Position numbers and translations under genes: made by a program. The notes under the pieces were generated by a model, which saw only the letters and a list, made by a program, of their open reading frames with translations, searched no databases and was not told the DNA's origin. A stretch of 64,000 bases of DNA from Paraspadella gotoi (Eukaryota > Animalia > Chaetognatha), in NCBI GenBank assembly GCA_051294375.1, contig CM119265.1, positions 22,712,591-22,776,590 on the forward strand. Reading direction: 5' to 3'. Below are positions 39,947-50,367 of this stretch, piece after piece. The first letter of the stretch is position 1; the number at the start of each line of letters is the position of its first letter.

Positions 39947-42900
39947 ATGAATAAAAAAATGAACAGTCCGTCAATTCCAGAAAAAGAATTTTCGTCGGTG
40001 GAAAGCGGGAAATGTTCGGAGGAGGGAAGCCGGTCCGAGTCTCCACTCGTTTCTCGATCGACGGGGGAAAAAACTCGGCGGAAGAATTACGGCGCTTTAG
40101 ATAATTGGATCAAAAAGCAATCTGGCCAACATCCTTTCCTTAACTTCTTTATTCGATCGCTGGATTTTTTGACGGGCAAAACGTTCAAAAATATGACGGA
40201 ACAAAACTCGATGTCGGTCGATTCTTCCCGACCCCGAAAATTTAACGGGGAGTCCCTCTCCGTGGAGAGATTGACCGAAAAAGATCCGGGATCTCCGAGG
40301 AGAGTGACTTGGACGAAACTCTTTCTCAGCGCCGATCGCTGGGACTTTTTCTTCGTGGCCCTCGGTACTCTGGGCGCAATCATTAATGGAGGCTCGTTCC
40401 CTTTATTTCTCTACGTGTTCGGATCGATGAACGGCGTTTTGTCGACGAACAACAACAACAGTGGAATCTCTGATTCGAGCGAGCGACCGATTTTGGCCGC
40501 CATGTCGTTTCAGGCTAAATTGACGAGCGCCATCGGGGTGGTCGTCGCCGTCTCTTCCGCCTCGCAAATCGCATTCTGGAGGGCGTCGGCCGAACGTCAA
40601 ACTCGTCGTCTTCGCGTTACCGCTTTTCGCTCCCTGCTTCACCGTCGAATGGCCTATTTCGACGCTCACGGCGCCGGGCAACTCTGCCACGCCCTTGCGT
40701 CGGGAGCACGGGCCGTCAGAGACGCGCTCGGCGACAAGCCCGCAATCGTCGTCATGTCCGTTGCCACTGCCATCGGCGGTTTTGCCTTGGCTTTCATCGA
40801 GAGCTGGAAATTGACACTAACGATGCTGGCGTTCTCACCGCTCATGGTTTTTTCCTCTTGGGCCGTCTCCCGCTTTTCTGCGGGGCTGCAGAGCGCGGAG
40901 GAGGTGGCCTTGGGAGCTGCAGCCGCCGTCGCCGAAGAGGCTCTTTCTGGTGTTCGCACCGTCCGCGCCCACAACGCCGCCGAGCTGGAAGAGTCGAAAT
41001 ACTCGGCCATATTAATGTCGACGGAACGACTCGGCGTCAGTCGTGCTTTTCTCTCCGGCATCGGTCTCGGCGCCGACAATCTGGCGCTCTACGTCGGCTA
41101 TGCCCTCGGCTTCTGGTACGGCACTAAATTGGCTGTCGAAGAGCGCGGTTTCGGCGACGAACGCTTTCTCCGAGTCTTTTTCGGCGTCATGAGCGGCGCC
41201 GTTTCCGTGGGGCAGGCGTTGCCGCGTCTGGCGGAGATCGATTCTTGCAGAGTCGCGGCTTTTCGTCTTTTTGAGATGATCGAGGAAGATGAGCAGCAGA
41301 TGGAAAAAAGTCAATCGTCGCTTCTATCATCGGAAGAAATAGAAGAAAACGGAGAGTATTTAGTTGAATTTCGCGGAGTCTCCTTCGCTTATCCGCAGAA
41401 CCCGGAACTCCTTGTCCTAGATGACTTTCACCTTCGACTCAAACTTGGTCAGACTTTGGCTTTGGTCGGCTGCTCCGGCTGTGGGAAAACGACGGCGCTG
41501 GAGCTCCTGCTCCGCTTCTACGATCCCTGCCGGGGCAGTCTGCTCTTCGAGGGACGCGACGTGAGGAGTTTCGATCTAAAAAACCTTCGGCGTCGAATGG
41601 GCTTCGTCTCGCAACACCCCGCCCTCTTTTCTTTTTCCGTTCTGGAAAACGTGAAGATTGGGGATCCGTCAGCCAGCAACGCGGCAGCGGTGCTCGCTTG
41701 CCGCCTTGCCAACGCCGACGGATTTGTGGCCCGCCTGCCCGACGAGTACGATACGCCGGTGGGAGATAGAGGGGGCGCTCTTTTAAGCGGCGGGCAAAAA
41801 CAGAGACTGGCCATCGCGAGAGCGCTGCTGCGCCAGCCGACGTTGATGTTGCTCGACGAAGCCACCAGCGCGTTGGACAGTCTCAGCGAAGGTGCTGTCA
41901 GAACGACCTTGGATGGTTATGCTAAGGGGAGCGACGACGATGACAAGAAATCCACCATAGTGGTCGCCCACTCCCTCGCCACCGTCGCTCATGCCGACGC
42001 CATCGCTTGGATGGAGGACGGAAAGATCGTCGAGACGGGCACGTACGACTCTTTGATGTCCGACGAGAAATCCCGTTTTCGCCGCATGATGGCGCTGCAA
42101 AAAAGGAGTTCAGCGTTGCCAGAGGTCGCGGATCCAGACGCCCCGACGGACGCCGGCGATTCGAAGTCGCGCGCGTCTTTATCTCGACGATCGAGTCGGT
42201 TGCGCCGCTCGACGCGTCTCGACTCTCGCTTCGCCTCGTTCAAACTCTCTTCCCCGCGGATCCGTCGACGGACGACGGCAACGAGTTTTCCTTCTGCGTC
42301 GTCTTCCGTGGACTCGATTGAAGACGAAGAGGATCTCTCCTCGATTTCGCGTCTCCCCGACGTCGGCGTTCTCGACCTGTTAAGACTCAACGCTCCAGAG
42401 GCGCCTTATTTGGCGCTCGGGTGTCTGGCCAGCGTATTAATCGGCGCCGTGCAACCCTGCTACGCCGTTCTATTTGCGCGAAACATGAACTTGTTGGCCA
42501 ACCCGCCCGAACATGCCCTGCGCGAGGCGACCGTCTTCGCCCTCGTTTTTTGCGCCGTTGGTTTCGCCGACTTCGTTTTCCATGCTCTTCAAGGGTTCGC
42601 GTTTGGCGTCAGCGGCCAGGCGCTGGTTAACCGCGTTCGACGTCGCTTTTTTCTGTCGGCGCTTCGTCGGAACGCTGCGTGGTTCGATCGGACAGAGAAC
42701 AGCGTCGCGCGGTTGACCTCTCGTTTGACGAGCGACTGCGCCCTCATTCAAGGCCTGACCGGCGTTCGACTGGGCCGTTTCGTTGAGGTGACGGCCAATG
42801 CGGGGCTGGCTCTTTTTCTCGCCCTATATTTTGGCTGGAGGCTGGCCTTATTTCTTTTCGTCACTTTTCCCCTTTTGGCACTTGGCGGATATTTAGAGTT

Positions 42901-44140
42901 CCGTTCTCCTTACGAAGCGGAAGACGACGACGATGTCAGCGAGGAGGAGCGGAAGGTCTCCTCGGTGGTGTCCGAGTCGATCGCCAATATTCGAACGGTC
43001 GTCGCTTTCGGTCAGGAAGACTCCTGCGCAGACGATTTCGAAACGTCCTTGGCCGCAGCGTCGACGAGAGAATCCAAGCGTCGGTTCCTCCACTCTCTCT
43101 GCTTCGCCTACTCGCAGTCGGCCTACCTCTTCGTGGAGGCGGCGGGTTTCGTCTTCGCCGCTTGGCTCCTCGAGTCAGGATTCACCGATTACCTCGGCGT
43201 CGTTACCGTCTTCGCCGTCGTCGTCTTCAGCTCCCAATCTTTGTCCGACGCGTTGACGACGGTGCCCGATTACGCCGAAGCCAAGTCGGCCGCCGTTCGA
43301 GTCCTCTCCTTCTTGGACGAACCCGGCGTAGAAGATTCTTCGCAACGACCGGAAGCGGATTTCGCTCCTCCCCGCCCACCCGAGGATAAGATCCTCGCCC
43401 CCGCCGAAGCCTTTTCCTTTCGCTCCGTCCACTTTCGATATCCGAGTCGCGAAAGAGTCGTCGTCCTTCGCGACTTCGACCTCGATCTTCCCGTCGGCGA
43501 GACTCTCGCCCTCGTCGGCGCCTCGGGATCCGGGAAAAGCACGGTAGCTCACCTGCTCGAGCGTTTCTACGACATTGACGATGGGGTCGTCAGATTTCTT
43601 GAAGAGGACGTCGCCGAACTCCCTCTCGGATCCCTCCGCCGCGACATTGCCTACGCGTCGCAAGAGGCCGATCTTTTCGCCGGTAGCTTTCGCGACAATA
43701 TCGTTTATGGGATGGTGAAGGAGCATGACGAAGACAGATTGATCGAGTCGGCAAAAAGCGCTCTCATTCACGACTTTATCTGCGGTTTTCCCCAGGGATA
43801 CGACGCCTCTGTAGGTCCCAAGGGCGGCTCCCTCTCTGGCGGGCAGAGGCAACGTGTTGCCTTAGCTCGTGCTCTCTACCGACGAGCCAAACTGTTAATT
43901 CTGGACGAAGCGACGAGCGCTTTGGACGCGAACGCTGAGGCCCGCGTCCTCGAAAACGTGTTGATGACGGCGAAGCGTCGTCGGACGGCCGTGCTTCTCA
44001 TCGCCCACAAATTGACGACCGTCTCGAGGGCAGATCGCGTCGCTGTCCTTCACAGAGGCCGAATCGTGGAGGTCGGGGATCACGAGGCGCTAATGGCGAA
44101 GGATGGGATGTACTTCAATCTTTTCAAGTCGCAAACTTGA
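39947..44140 (+). CDS. ABCB1: ABCB1/P-glycoprotein-type full ABC transporter (TMD-NBD-TMD-NBD), single ORF
   Basis: 1397-aa ORF with two NBDs: Walker A GCSGCGKTT and GASGSGKST, signatures LSGGQKQR and LSGGQRQR, Walker B LLDEATSALD and ILDEATSALD. Ser/Arg-rich linker. Exact orthology is uncertain. Confidence 0.92.
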   Translation: MNKKMNSPSIPEKEFSSVESGKCSEEGSRSESPLVSRSTGEKTRRKNYGALDNWIKKQSGQHPFLNFFIRSLDFLTGKTFKNMTEQNSMSVDSSRPRKFNGESLSVERLTEKDPGSPRRVTWTKLFLSADRWDFFFVALGTLGAIINGGSFPLFLYVFGSMNGVLSTNNNNSGISDSSERPILAAMSFQAKLTSAIGVVVAVSSASQIAFWRASAERQTRRLRVTAFRSLLHRRMAYFDAHGAGQLCHALASGARAVRDALGDKPAIVVMSVATAIGGFALAFIESWKLTLTMLAFSPLMVFSSWAVSRFSAGLQSAEEVALGAAAAVAEEALSGVRTVRAHNAAELEESKYSAILMSTERLGVSRAFLSGIGLGADNLALYVGYALGFWYGTKLAVEERGFGDERFLRVFFGVMSGAVSVGQALPRLAEIDSCRVAAFRLFEMIEEDEQQMEKSQSSLLSSEEIEENGEYLVEFRGVSFAYPQNPELLVLDDFHLRLKLGQTLALVGCSGCGKTTALELLLRFYDPCRGSLLFEGRDVRSFDLKNLRRRMGFVSQHPALFSFSVLENVKIGDPSASNAAAVLACRLANADGFVARLPDEYDTPVGDRGGALLSGGQKQRLAIARALLRQPTLMLLDEATSALDSLSEGAVRTTLDGYAKGSDDDDKKSTIVVAHSLATVAHADAIAWMEDGKIVETGTYDSLMSDEKSRFRRMMALQKRSSALPEVADPDAPTDAGDSKSRASLSRRSSRLRRSTRLDSRFASFKLSSPRIRRRTTATSFPSASSSVDSIEDEEDLSSISRLPDVGVLDLLRLNAPEAPYLALGCLASVLIGAVQPCYAVLFARNMNLLANPPEHALREATVFALVFCAVGFADFVFHALQGFAFGVSGQALVNRVRRRFFLSALRRNAAWFDRTENSVARLTSRLTSDCALIQGLTGVRLGRFVEVTANAGLALFLALYFGWRLALFLFVTFPLLALGGYLEFRSPYEAEDDDDVSEEERKVSSVVSESIANIRTVVAFGQEDSCADDFETSLAAASTRESKRRFLHSLCFAYSQSAYLFVEAAGFVFAAWLLESGFTDYLGVVTVFAVVVFSSQSLSDALTTVPDYAEAKSAAVRVLSFLDEPGVEDSSQRPEADFAPPRPPEDKILAPAEAFSFRSVHFRYPSRERVVVLRDFDLDLPVGETLALVGASGSGKSTVAHLLERFYDIDDGVVRFLEEDVAELPLGSLRRDIAYASQEADLFAGSFRDNIVYGMVKEHDEDRLIESAKSALIHDFICGFPQGYDASVGPKGGSLSGGQRQRVALARALYRRAKLLILDEATSALDANAEARVLENVLMTAKRRRTAVLLIAHKLTTVSRADRVAVLHRGRIVEVGDHEALMAKDGMYFNLFKSQT

Positions 44141-44606
44141 TTTGCAAAAAAAAACCAAAAACAAAAAAACACTGGTGGGAGTAATTACTAATTAGAAAAA
44201 TAAAACAAGGCTTTACACCTGATATTTGTCGACGTTTGATGTCTTTATCAATTGCCTTTGTCTTTTACTGTCTGAGAATCTTGATTTATATATCTGTGAT
44301 TTTTTTTACTATTTCTATCACGTTTTTATACCTCACGTATTGTTCTGGTTGATCCTTTATACACAGCGAAATTATTTTTTTCGGTATACTATAAAATTAT
44401 ATTATCTGTTTTGTTATCTCGTTACACTTTCCATCATTCCAAAGATCAAAGGTTTTTATACTCTAGATTTTTATATCTATTTTTAAGGTTTTGAACTTAA
44501 ACTAACGCTCACAATTTTCACGAATGATCATCGCTCGATAGGAAACAAAATACTACAAAAGTATTTCAAAAAAAACTTTTGTCTCTCAAGTTCACTTTGA
44601 AATAAA

Positions 44607-45203
44607 ATGACGACAAATGTTAAAGTTTGCGACGTGGACGAGGAGTTGAAGAAGATTCTAAAAGAGTTTCGGTTTCGAAAGAGCAAGACGAACGCAGCCA
44701 TCATCCTCAAGCTGACGCGGGACGATCTCAAGGTCGTCATCGAGGAAACCATCGAGGATTGTTCCGTGGAGGAAATATGCGATGAACTCCCCGCTCATCA
44801 GCCCAGGTGTGATGAAAGGAGTTATAGTGTATCGTCAGAATTCTCGATGTTGGCTTCTTCTTTATCGCATTCGAAATCTTCATTTCAGGTTCGTTTTGCT
44901 CTCCTACGCCTACACTCACGGAGACGGAAGGGTCTCCTATCCCTTATGCTTCATATTCATCAGTCCTCAAGGCTGTAAACCCGAGTTACAGGTACTAAAT
45001 TTGTAATTGTACAAAATATTGAAACGCGCATGCGACTAAGCTCTTTAGTTGAAAATAGCGAATTCAATTCTTCCCAGATGATGTACGCGGGCACTAAGAA
45101 CAATTTGGCGAATGAAATCGAAGCGTCAAAAGTATTCGAGATTCGCAACACGGAAGAATTCACCGAGGAATGGCTCAAAGAAAAACTCATGTTCTTCCGG
45201 TGA
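44607..45203 (+). CDS. GMF: Glia maturation factor (ADF-H family), 3 exons
   Basis: [29 protein letters not shown]; [47 protein letters not shown]; [14 protein letters not shown]. Confidence 0.96.
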
Positions 45204-46113
45204 TTGCGCTTGCGCGCTTTCTTGGGTTCCGTTCCGCGCAGTCGGTAGTATTCCGTAAGCTCTCCGTCGCTCGGAAAATTTCGTCGACTAACCATAAGAA
45301 CTAGTCCTTCGAATAATTCCTATTTTTATTTCGCTACTGGCGAATGTACAACTTATTCTCGTTCGGATCGAACGAATTTTAGTTATTTAAAAAAAAATTT
45401 AAAATAATTATAAACCAATGGAATGTGCAAAAAGGTGAACGATGCTTTAAATTTTCGGTATGTATAGGTTTTAGTTATTTAAGGGCGTTCTTGGCTGTTT
45501 GGTTATTGTATAACTTGTTAATGCTTTATTACTAATATTTTTAATACAAAATATATCTTGTAATGATATTGCGGTTGTTTTTATAAATTGATTTTTAAAC
45601 AAATCACAATTGGTGTTTGTTGGTCATTGTATACCAGAGTAATTTTAGATGCCTTGTCATAAAACATAATTGCGTGGTAGTTTAAAATTGTTAACATATC
45701 GTACTTTTTTATCAAATTTAAAACCACTTTTAGCAAGAGTGAGGAATTTAGTTAAGCTTGTTACTAGGATCAATTTATTTAATAAACTGAGGCTTGATAA
45801 GTGCATTACATTTATAAAATGATCAAGCTTAATACTCAAACGCGTTCAAAACGAAATGGAACCGTGCGGTTTATTTCGTGATTATTCCAAAGAAATTTCC
45901 CAAGCATTTGAAAGATCTCCGTCACAATAGAGTGGCGTCTTTCTTTTTTCCACGTTAGATCATTCCCAAATGATTCTATCTTTTCCTTTCTCAATACTAT
46001 TTGTTTTTTCACTTTGGTACACAGTAAAAATTTTTTTTACCGTTCGAGATTCAGAAATGCGAGTTAAATAAGTTGAAGGTGACAAAACTTCTTCCCAACG
46101 CTTCGGCAGCAAG

Positions 46114-49100
46114 ATGTCTTTCTTGCAGAGCCTCGTGACTAACGTCAGCAGTTACTTCGGCGACACCAGCGGCACCGCCACCGCGTACGGCGTTAAAAAG
46201 GCGGCGGTGTCGGACTACGCCAAGCACGCCGTCGTCGAACAGGGAGAGTTCATGCGCCTCTACAAGTCGAGTAAGGATTACGAGTGCGTCCTCCAATTGG
46301 GCACGGGCGGAGGAAAGGTTTTTAGGTAAGTTGGAAGCGAAAATATTTAAATAAAAAAGGCCTCGACCATTTCCTTTTTTTCATCGCTAGCCTTTACCGA
46401 CTGACGGACGGAACCGAGGCAGAGAATCTCTATGAAGTCTACAACTCGAAAATGACGCCGTTGATGAGAGATTTAGGAAGTTCTCTCGACAAGGCGATGA
46501 TCCAGAGACTGTGCGACGCCATGCGGACTCACCAGTCGTGGACGACGGCACATTTGGCCGCCCACGCCTCGCTGCAGGTCGGAATTAGGTTTTGTGTATC
46601 TCGAAGTAGTTTTTTTGTAATATTATCCTTATCGTCCTTGCTTCTTAGGAAGCGTTTCGCAATAACCTCATCGTTAGAGAGGTCAACGAACCTGACCCGG
46701 AGAGCCTGGCCACCCCGCTGCACGTCGCCATTCAAGCGGGTCCGCTCAACATTTCGAAAATATATAATTATCAATCGATTCAATTACGATTGTTTGATTA
46801 ATAATTAATTTGATTGGTTCTTCCAGAATCCGTGGAGGTCGTTCGCCTCCTCCTCGCCTTCTCCCACACTCGCCTCGACATCGTCGACGTCAACGGAGAC
46901 ACCGTCTTTCATTACGCCGCCAGAATCGAGACCCCGCTCATCATGGAGCTCCTTTGTCGGTACGTAGTTATCTACTGGTCATCGTTAGTACGACTTCTAT
47001 TTTTTTGCTTTATTATATCGCAACTTATCAATGTAAACAGAACTCGAACTCCCATCATCAATCAAGCCAACGACAAACAAGAGAATCCATTGCACTTGGC
47101 GATCGCTCTCGGACGTCAGGATTTATTGCAAGCCTTGCTGGCGGGTGCGCATTTTTAACCTGGGCGTCTGGCCCTTTTTTTTTTTGTTTTGATCGACATC
47201 GACTCGTTCACACCGCTTCAATTTATCTTTCGACAGGCGGCGCCGATTCCGGTATTCCCGGACCAGAAGGAACCTTTCCTATTCACATCGCCGTCAAAAA
47301 CAAAAGTCTCGATTGCGTCAAGTCTGTCATCAACCGGGATCACCGACAAATCAAGGTTTCCACCTGGAAAATATAACCGACGTTAAACGTAGTTAAAAGC
47401 ACTTCCGGTTTTTAAATATTGGTTATACACAAACTCCTAAAGGCCAAAGACGGGAAGTACGGGGCGACCCCTCTTCATTGGGCGTCAACCAAAGAGATCG
47501 TCGACTACCTCCTCGAACGCGGTGCAGACGTCCACGCCTTCTCCGAAACCACAGAGACGCCCTTGCACATTTTCGCGCGCAAGAATCGCCTCGAGTGCGC
47601 GCTGGTGTTGCTTTCCCGGCGCCCCGACGCAGTGCACCAACGTGGCGCCGACGGAAACACGCCGTTACACTTGGCGGTCTTGGCGGAGTCGCTCGAACTC
47701 GTCCGCGCCATCGTCGTCTTCGGCGCCGATATCAACAAGACGAACGACAAAGGGGAGACGCCTCGCCATCTCGCAGCCACGTTGAAGAGGACCAACGTCG
47801 GTGAGGAGAACTTTATAAAATTCGATGGTTTGTTATTTAGTAAAAGTTAAAAGCAATTTAAAATGTTTTTACAGGCAGCGTCTTGGTTTACACTTTACAC
47901 GCGGTGGGCGGGTCCAGATGTAACGCTTCCATGACGTTTTGTGCCGACGCCTGTCACCACGCTAAACTTTCCAACGGTATTTTTTTTTCCAGCGAAACTT
48001 TGTTGGACTCAAATTCTTGAAGAATCACTGAAACTGTCAACGTCTCCTATTTGTGGCTTGTTTACAAAAATCCTACAAAAATTACCGCTCAACTTAAGGC
48101 GGGCGTCGGATTTCTTTTGTCACTTTAAATCCGTCCCCGTTTTTTTATCTTTCAAGGTTTTACCCCCACCGATGGTCCACACATTCCTCAGCGCCAAGAA
48201 GACCCAGCCTACGACGCACACATCGCCGCCGCCGCCGTCGATCGTCTCAAATCGTCTCTCAGCGGCGCCAAGCGTCTTGACGGAGAGGAGACCGGCGATA
48301 GACTGCTCTGCCTCGACGGCGGCGGCATTCGCGGACTCGTTCTCATTCAGTTGTTACAGGCTCTTCAGGTATCTATCTTGAAAGGTTTTGTGACTTAATC
48401 TATACTATACTATACTATACTATACTAACTAATCTTTTGTGTTTTATCTTCTTCAGAACCGAGTGAATCGACCGATTCAAGACTGCTTTGACTGGATCGC
48501 AGGCACAAGCACGGGAGGCATTTTAGCTTTGGCCCTTTTGGTTGGGAAAACACCCATTGAGGCATTAGGTTGCTGCTTGTCTGTTATTTTGTTAAGTTAA
48601 GTTGTTAAGTTCTAAAGTCATTTTTTTTCATTCTGTTCCTCGATTTTTTTAGGTTTATATTTACGGTTTAAGGACGAAGTCTTCGTCGGCAGAAAACCCT
48701 ACAACGCCGAAAAGCTGGAAAGATTTTTGGCCAAAGAATTCGGAGAGGCTACGACGATGACCACTTTTAAAAGGTGAGTCTTATCTGAACTTCAGACGCG
48801 TCATAATTTAGAAATTATAAAAAAAAACCTCACCCCATTAAACTTTTTCAATCTTCATAGACCGCGCGTGATCGTGACGGCCGTCTTGGGCGATAGAAAA
48901 CCCGCCGAGTTGCATCTCTTTCGAAACTACGATCCTCCCCAACTTCCGGGCGACAAAACCATCCATGTGGTTCTCACACCGGGTAGCGGTAGAACCATAT
49001 GTTAGTTTATTTTATATAGTTTATTAATTTAAAAAACCCCAGGGTCATCGCCATCGAAGGATCCGTTTCAAGCTCCCCCTATTAATCAAGATACGCTGCT

Positions 49101-49816
49101 TTGGAAAGCGGCCAGATCGTCGGGCGCAGCGCCGACCTTTTTCCGTTCGATGGGTCGGTTCCTCGACGGCGGTTTGATGGCGAATAACCCGACGCTCGAT
49201 GCCATCACCGAGATTCACAAGTGCAACGTCGCCAAAAGTGAGGAATAAAAGATTTGGAATGGAAACCGGGTTGGTAAAAAAAAAAATATAAATCCTTCTT
49301 TCCTCGATAATAGAAAGGACGGAGCCCAAGTGCGACGTTCGTCCACTGGGCGTAGTCGTCTCCCTCGGCACCGGACGACCGCCCATCGTCCCCGTCAAAA
49401 CAATAGACGTCTTCATGCCCGAATCCATGTTCAGCTTGGAGACGGCGAAAGCGGTGTTGGGGGCGAAGAACCTGGGCACGTTGCTCGTGGAGCAGGCCAC
49501 CGCTGCTGACGGTGAGGGTTTTTTGGGATTGGGAGGCTGTTGTTATTGAGCCGTGATGGTTGTTTAGAATTGCGGAGGTCTTTTCTTGTCCAAAGGACAA
49601 CCAGTGGACCGAAGTCGCGCCTGGCTCTCCATGATGGGCGTGCCCTTCTTCCGTTTGTCCCCGCGTCTCTCCGAAGACGTTCCCCTCGATACAACCGACG
49701 ATAAACTCCTCATGAAGATAATGTGGGAGACGAAGGCTTACATCCAAGCCAACGCCGACGCCTTCGTCGACATGGCGCTGCTCCTTACAAGGGACCCGTC
49801 CACGCTTTGCGCTTGA
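46114..49816 (+). CDS. PLA2G6: Calcium-independent phospholipase A2 beta (ankyrin repeats plus patatin domain)
   Basis: Multiple ankyrin repeats (TPLHWA, TPLHLAV); patatin motifs [21 protein letters not shown] and [11 protein letters not shown]; about 15 exons. Confidence 0.94.
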
Positions 49817-50367
49817 AATGATGATTGATTTTGGGTCTGACTTATTAACCTAGTACTATTGCTTATTATCATTTTAAAGAAAATCATTAACTAGTAATAT
49901 TGCGTAAATAAATGATTTTTCATTAACGTCGTTAACTTCGGCACAATTTTTTTTTTTTTTTTGCTTTTTCTCTGGGTTGTGACATTAGGATTTCTTTACC
50001 TTTCTTTTTTATTTATGCCAGAGGCATTCCAAGTCTTTCTTTATAGCCTTACTAGTTATATTTAAACTACGATGTTATTTATTTATATTTACCATTGTGT
50101 TCAGTGGTATTTTATTTACCGACGATAATCCTTTACGTGCGAATTAAGACTCAAGACTTTCCCAGGAGAGATTGATTTACTGTAAACCTTTGTACACCTT
50201 TCGATTTCTATCAAAAATAAAATTACTACATAATTTATACAATTACATGTGTTACTAAATTTTTACAAATTACCAGTTTTGTACCAAAGGACAAACTTGT
50301 GATGTCACGCTCGTGCCTTTTCGAATTTTCCCGTAAAGATGCGTGAACTTTCGCGTCAATTCCCGAG

